Source: Lytechinus pictus (taxonomy: Eukaryota). From it: a DNA stretch of 64,000 nt. Position 1 is the stretch's first letter; every line of letters begins with the position of its first letter. The notes beneath the pieces are model-generated. The model saw only the letters and a program-made list of their open reading frames with translations, did no database searches and was not told the DNA's origin. Position numbers and translations under genes: made by a program. Shown piece by piece: positions 62,211 to 64,000 of the stretch. The stretch covers positions 27,096,001-27,160,000 of the forward strand of contig NC_087245.1 in the NCBI RefSeq assembly GCF_037042905.1. The letters run 5' to 3'.

Positions 62211-64000
62211 TATTGTGGAACATAAACCTCCTGTATACATTACTCACAGGGCGTTATGCTAATACAGTGAGTGTATGTATGTATTTCTTCAAGAGTCACC
62301 GTACCCCAGTTCCTTAACCAATAACTTGTAAGCATTGTTGATCTTTTCTATAAATGGAATAGGTCTACTATACATGTTTGTGCAGGAATATAGGCATACA
62401 TATAAATCTATTCCACACAGGAGAAAAAAAAACAATGCTTACAATTATAAAATGCAATATAATTTGGGTAATAGTCAAATTTGTCAAGTAATATGTCAGT
62501 GGAAATCATGATCATATAGATTGCCATATGCAGATGATAAAGTATAAAGACATATCAGTAATAATGATGAAGAATTCAATTGGTAAATGAGAATACAAAG
62601 CTCCACACTTTATTAAAAAGTCCCCTCCCTAGATTTTAAAGGAAAGACAACCTATGATGAGCAAATGAAAAACAATCGAACAATAGAGGTGGGCTATAAA
62701 TGGATAATCTTTCAAAACCAAGGATTTATCAGGCTAGAAGAATATATTAATAGACACCAGAATTTGAAAGCTTTAATAGTAGGTCTTCAAATAAGAAAAT
62801 TATGACTTTTTTCATTCTCAACAAATGATGACTTGGCATAGGCCACACCCCCTCAAAACTGTATTTTTGCATGCACACCTGAGTGTCATATTGACAGGAC
62901 AACAATCTGCTTCAAATGAGATTAAACTTAATAATCTGAAATATCACCCCTTTATTACCATTCTATAGCCCACCTATACAATGCCAAAAGGAGACTGGAT
63001 GATGTGCTGTTCAATCTTTTAAACATTAAAAACTGGAACTATATAAAAAAAAACACACCTAGTTTTTGCATCCCACTTCATGATAAAGAGTCTTGTTTCA
63101 CTATAAATCCGAAAGAATTTTTTTACCTATACATTTTTATAGTTATATCATATTGTCTTGATTCAACACAAGTGAGCAGTGTCAATTTTGCTATAAAGGC
63201 GACTTGTCAAAAGTCTCTGCCGTGCTTTTTAGCAGGTTATCCTGCTATCAAAGATGCTTACTTTTGACAAGGTGCCTATAAAGTAATATTCACCAGTAGA
63301 GGGGAGTATTCAACTTGACTTCAGATTACTTGGTAACCTTCTTCAGAGAATGACTCAACATTTATTCTCTCTTCCCAGTTATTATCCTCCCACTCAGTCA
63401 ATATGTGTAGGAGTTAATATGGTTCTGTTTTACAACACATATTTTAAAGTGAAAAATCAAGTAGTGGCCAACTTCCTTTCTATTATTAAACCTTTGATTT
63501 TTAGACTGAATGAATGTGTAGGAAATGTGAACTTTTTTTGTTGGCATTCTGTTATGAAACTAACTTTGTTTTGTTGTGTAAAGACACAGTTCTCAAATTT
63601 CTGCTTTTTTCAATTTCCTTCTCAAATCTGTATATGCATATATTTATAAGGTTTAAGAACACTTAGATACATTCTAATGTCCAAGGACCAAAACCGAACA
63701 TGTTCAACAATAATTACAAAATAATTATATGAAAGCAAATCAGTTTATATGCAGACCAAAGGTTGAGGTGCAAGTAAAATGCATGTAGAGCAATGTGCAT
63801 GTAAAATTTCTATCAATGAAAAAAAAGCTCCAAATGCCCTCATTTTGGAGTAATGACCTTTTTAAAGTCAGATTTTGGGGACCAAAACACACCCCTTTAA
63901 TAAAATCCTGGGTCTGTGGCTGAGAATAGAAATGGAAATAATACATTAAACATTAATAAAAGAAACAGAATATATGGCAAGGGATAAAATATTATCATAC

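Overview
Eukaryotic, AT-rich, repeat-dense genomic DNA. The gene content and repeat styles suggest an invertebrate deuterostome such as a sea urchin (inference). Three spliced genes can be reconstructed by hand. (1) The first two coding exons of a divergent, most likely zeta-type tubulin on the minus strand, running off the left edge. (2) Head-to-head with it, a complete 5-exon LSM5 (93 aa) whose second intron is U12-type. (3) A complete 6-exon JMJD4 (446 aa) on the minus strand, convergent with LSM5. A possible signal-peptide first exon lies near 35.9 kb. The rest is mostly non-autonomous transposons, often nested: TTAA-flanked elements, TIR elements with 4-8 bp TSDs, Tc1-like and palindromic MITEs, two Helentron-type elements with internal tandem arrays, and SINE/LINE remnants. 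The most unusual items are: a young 4.55-kb LTR element with CGCCA...TGGCG termini, an apparent 3-bp TSD and one intact 808-aa ORF (catalytically dead Gypsy-type protease plus His-rich repeats, no RT/IN); tiny TIR-only palindromes resembling P-element excision footprints, one with its empty site preserved next door; and a TTAA element with unlike ends enclosing ~650-bp inverted arms. All assignments were made by eye, with no database searches.
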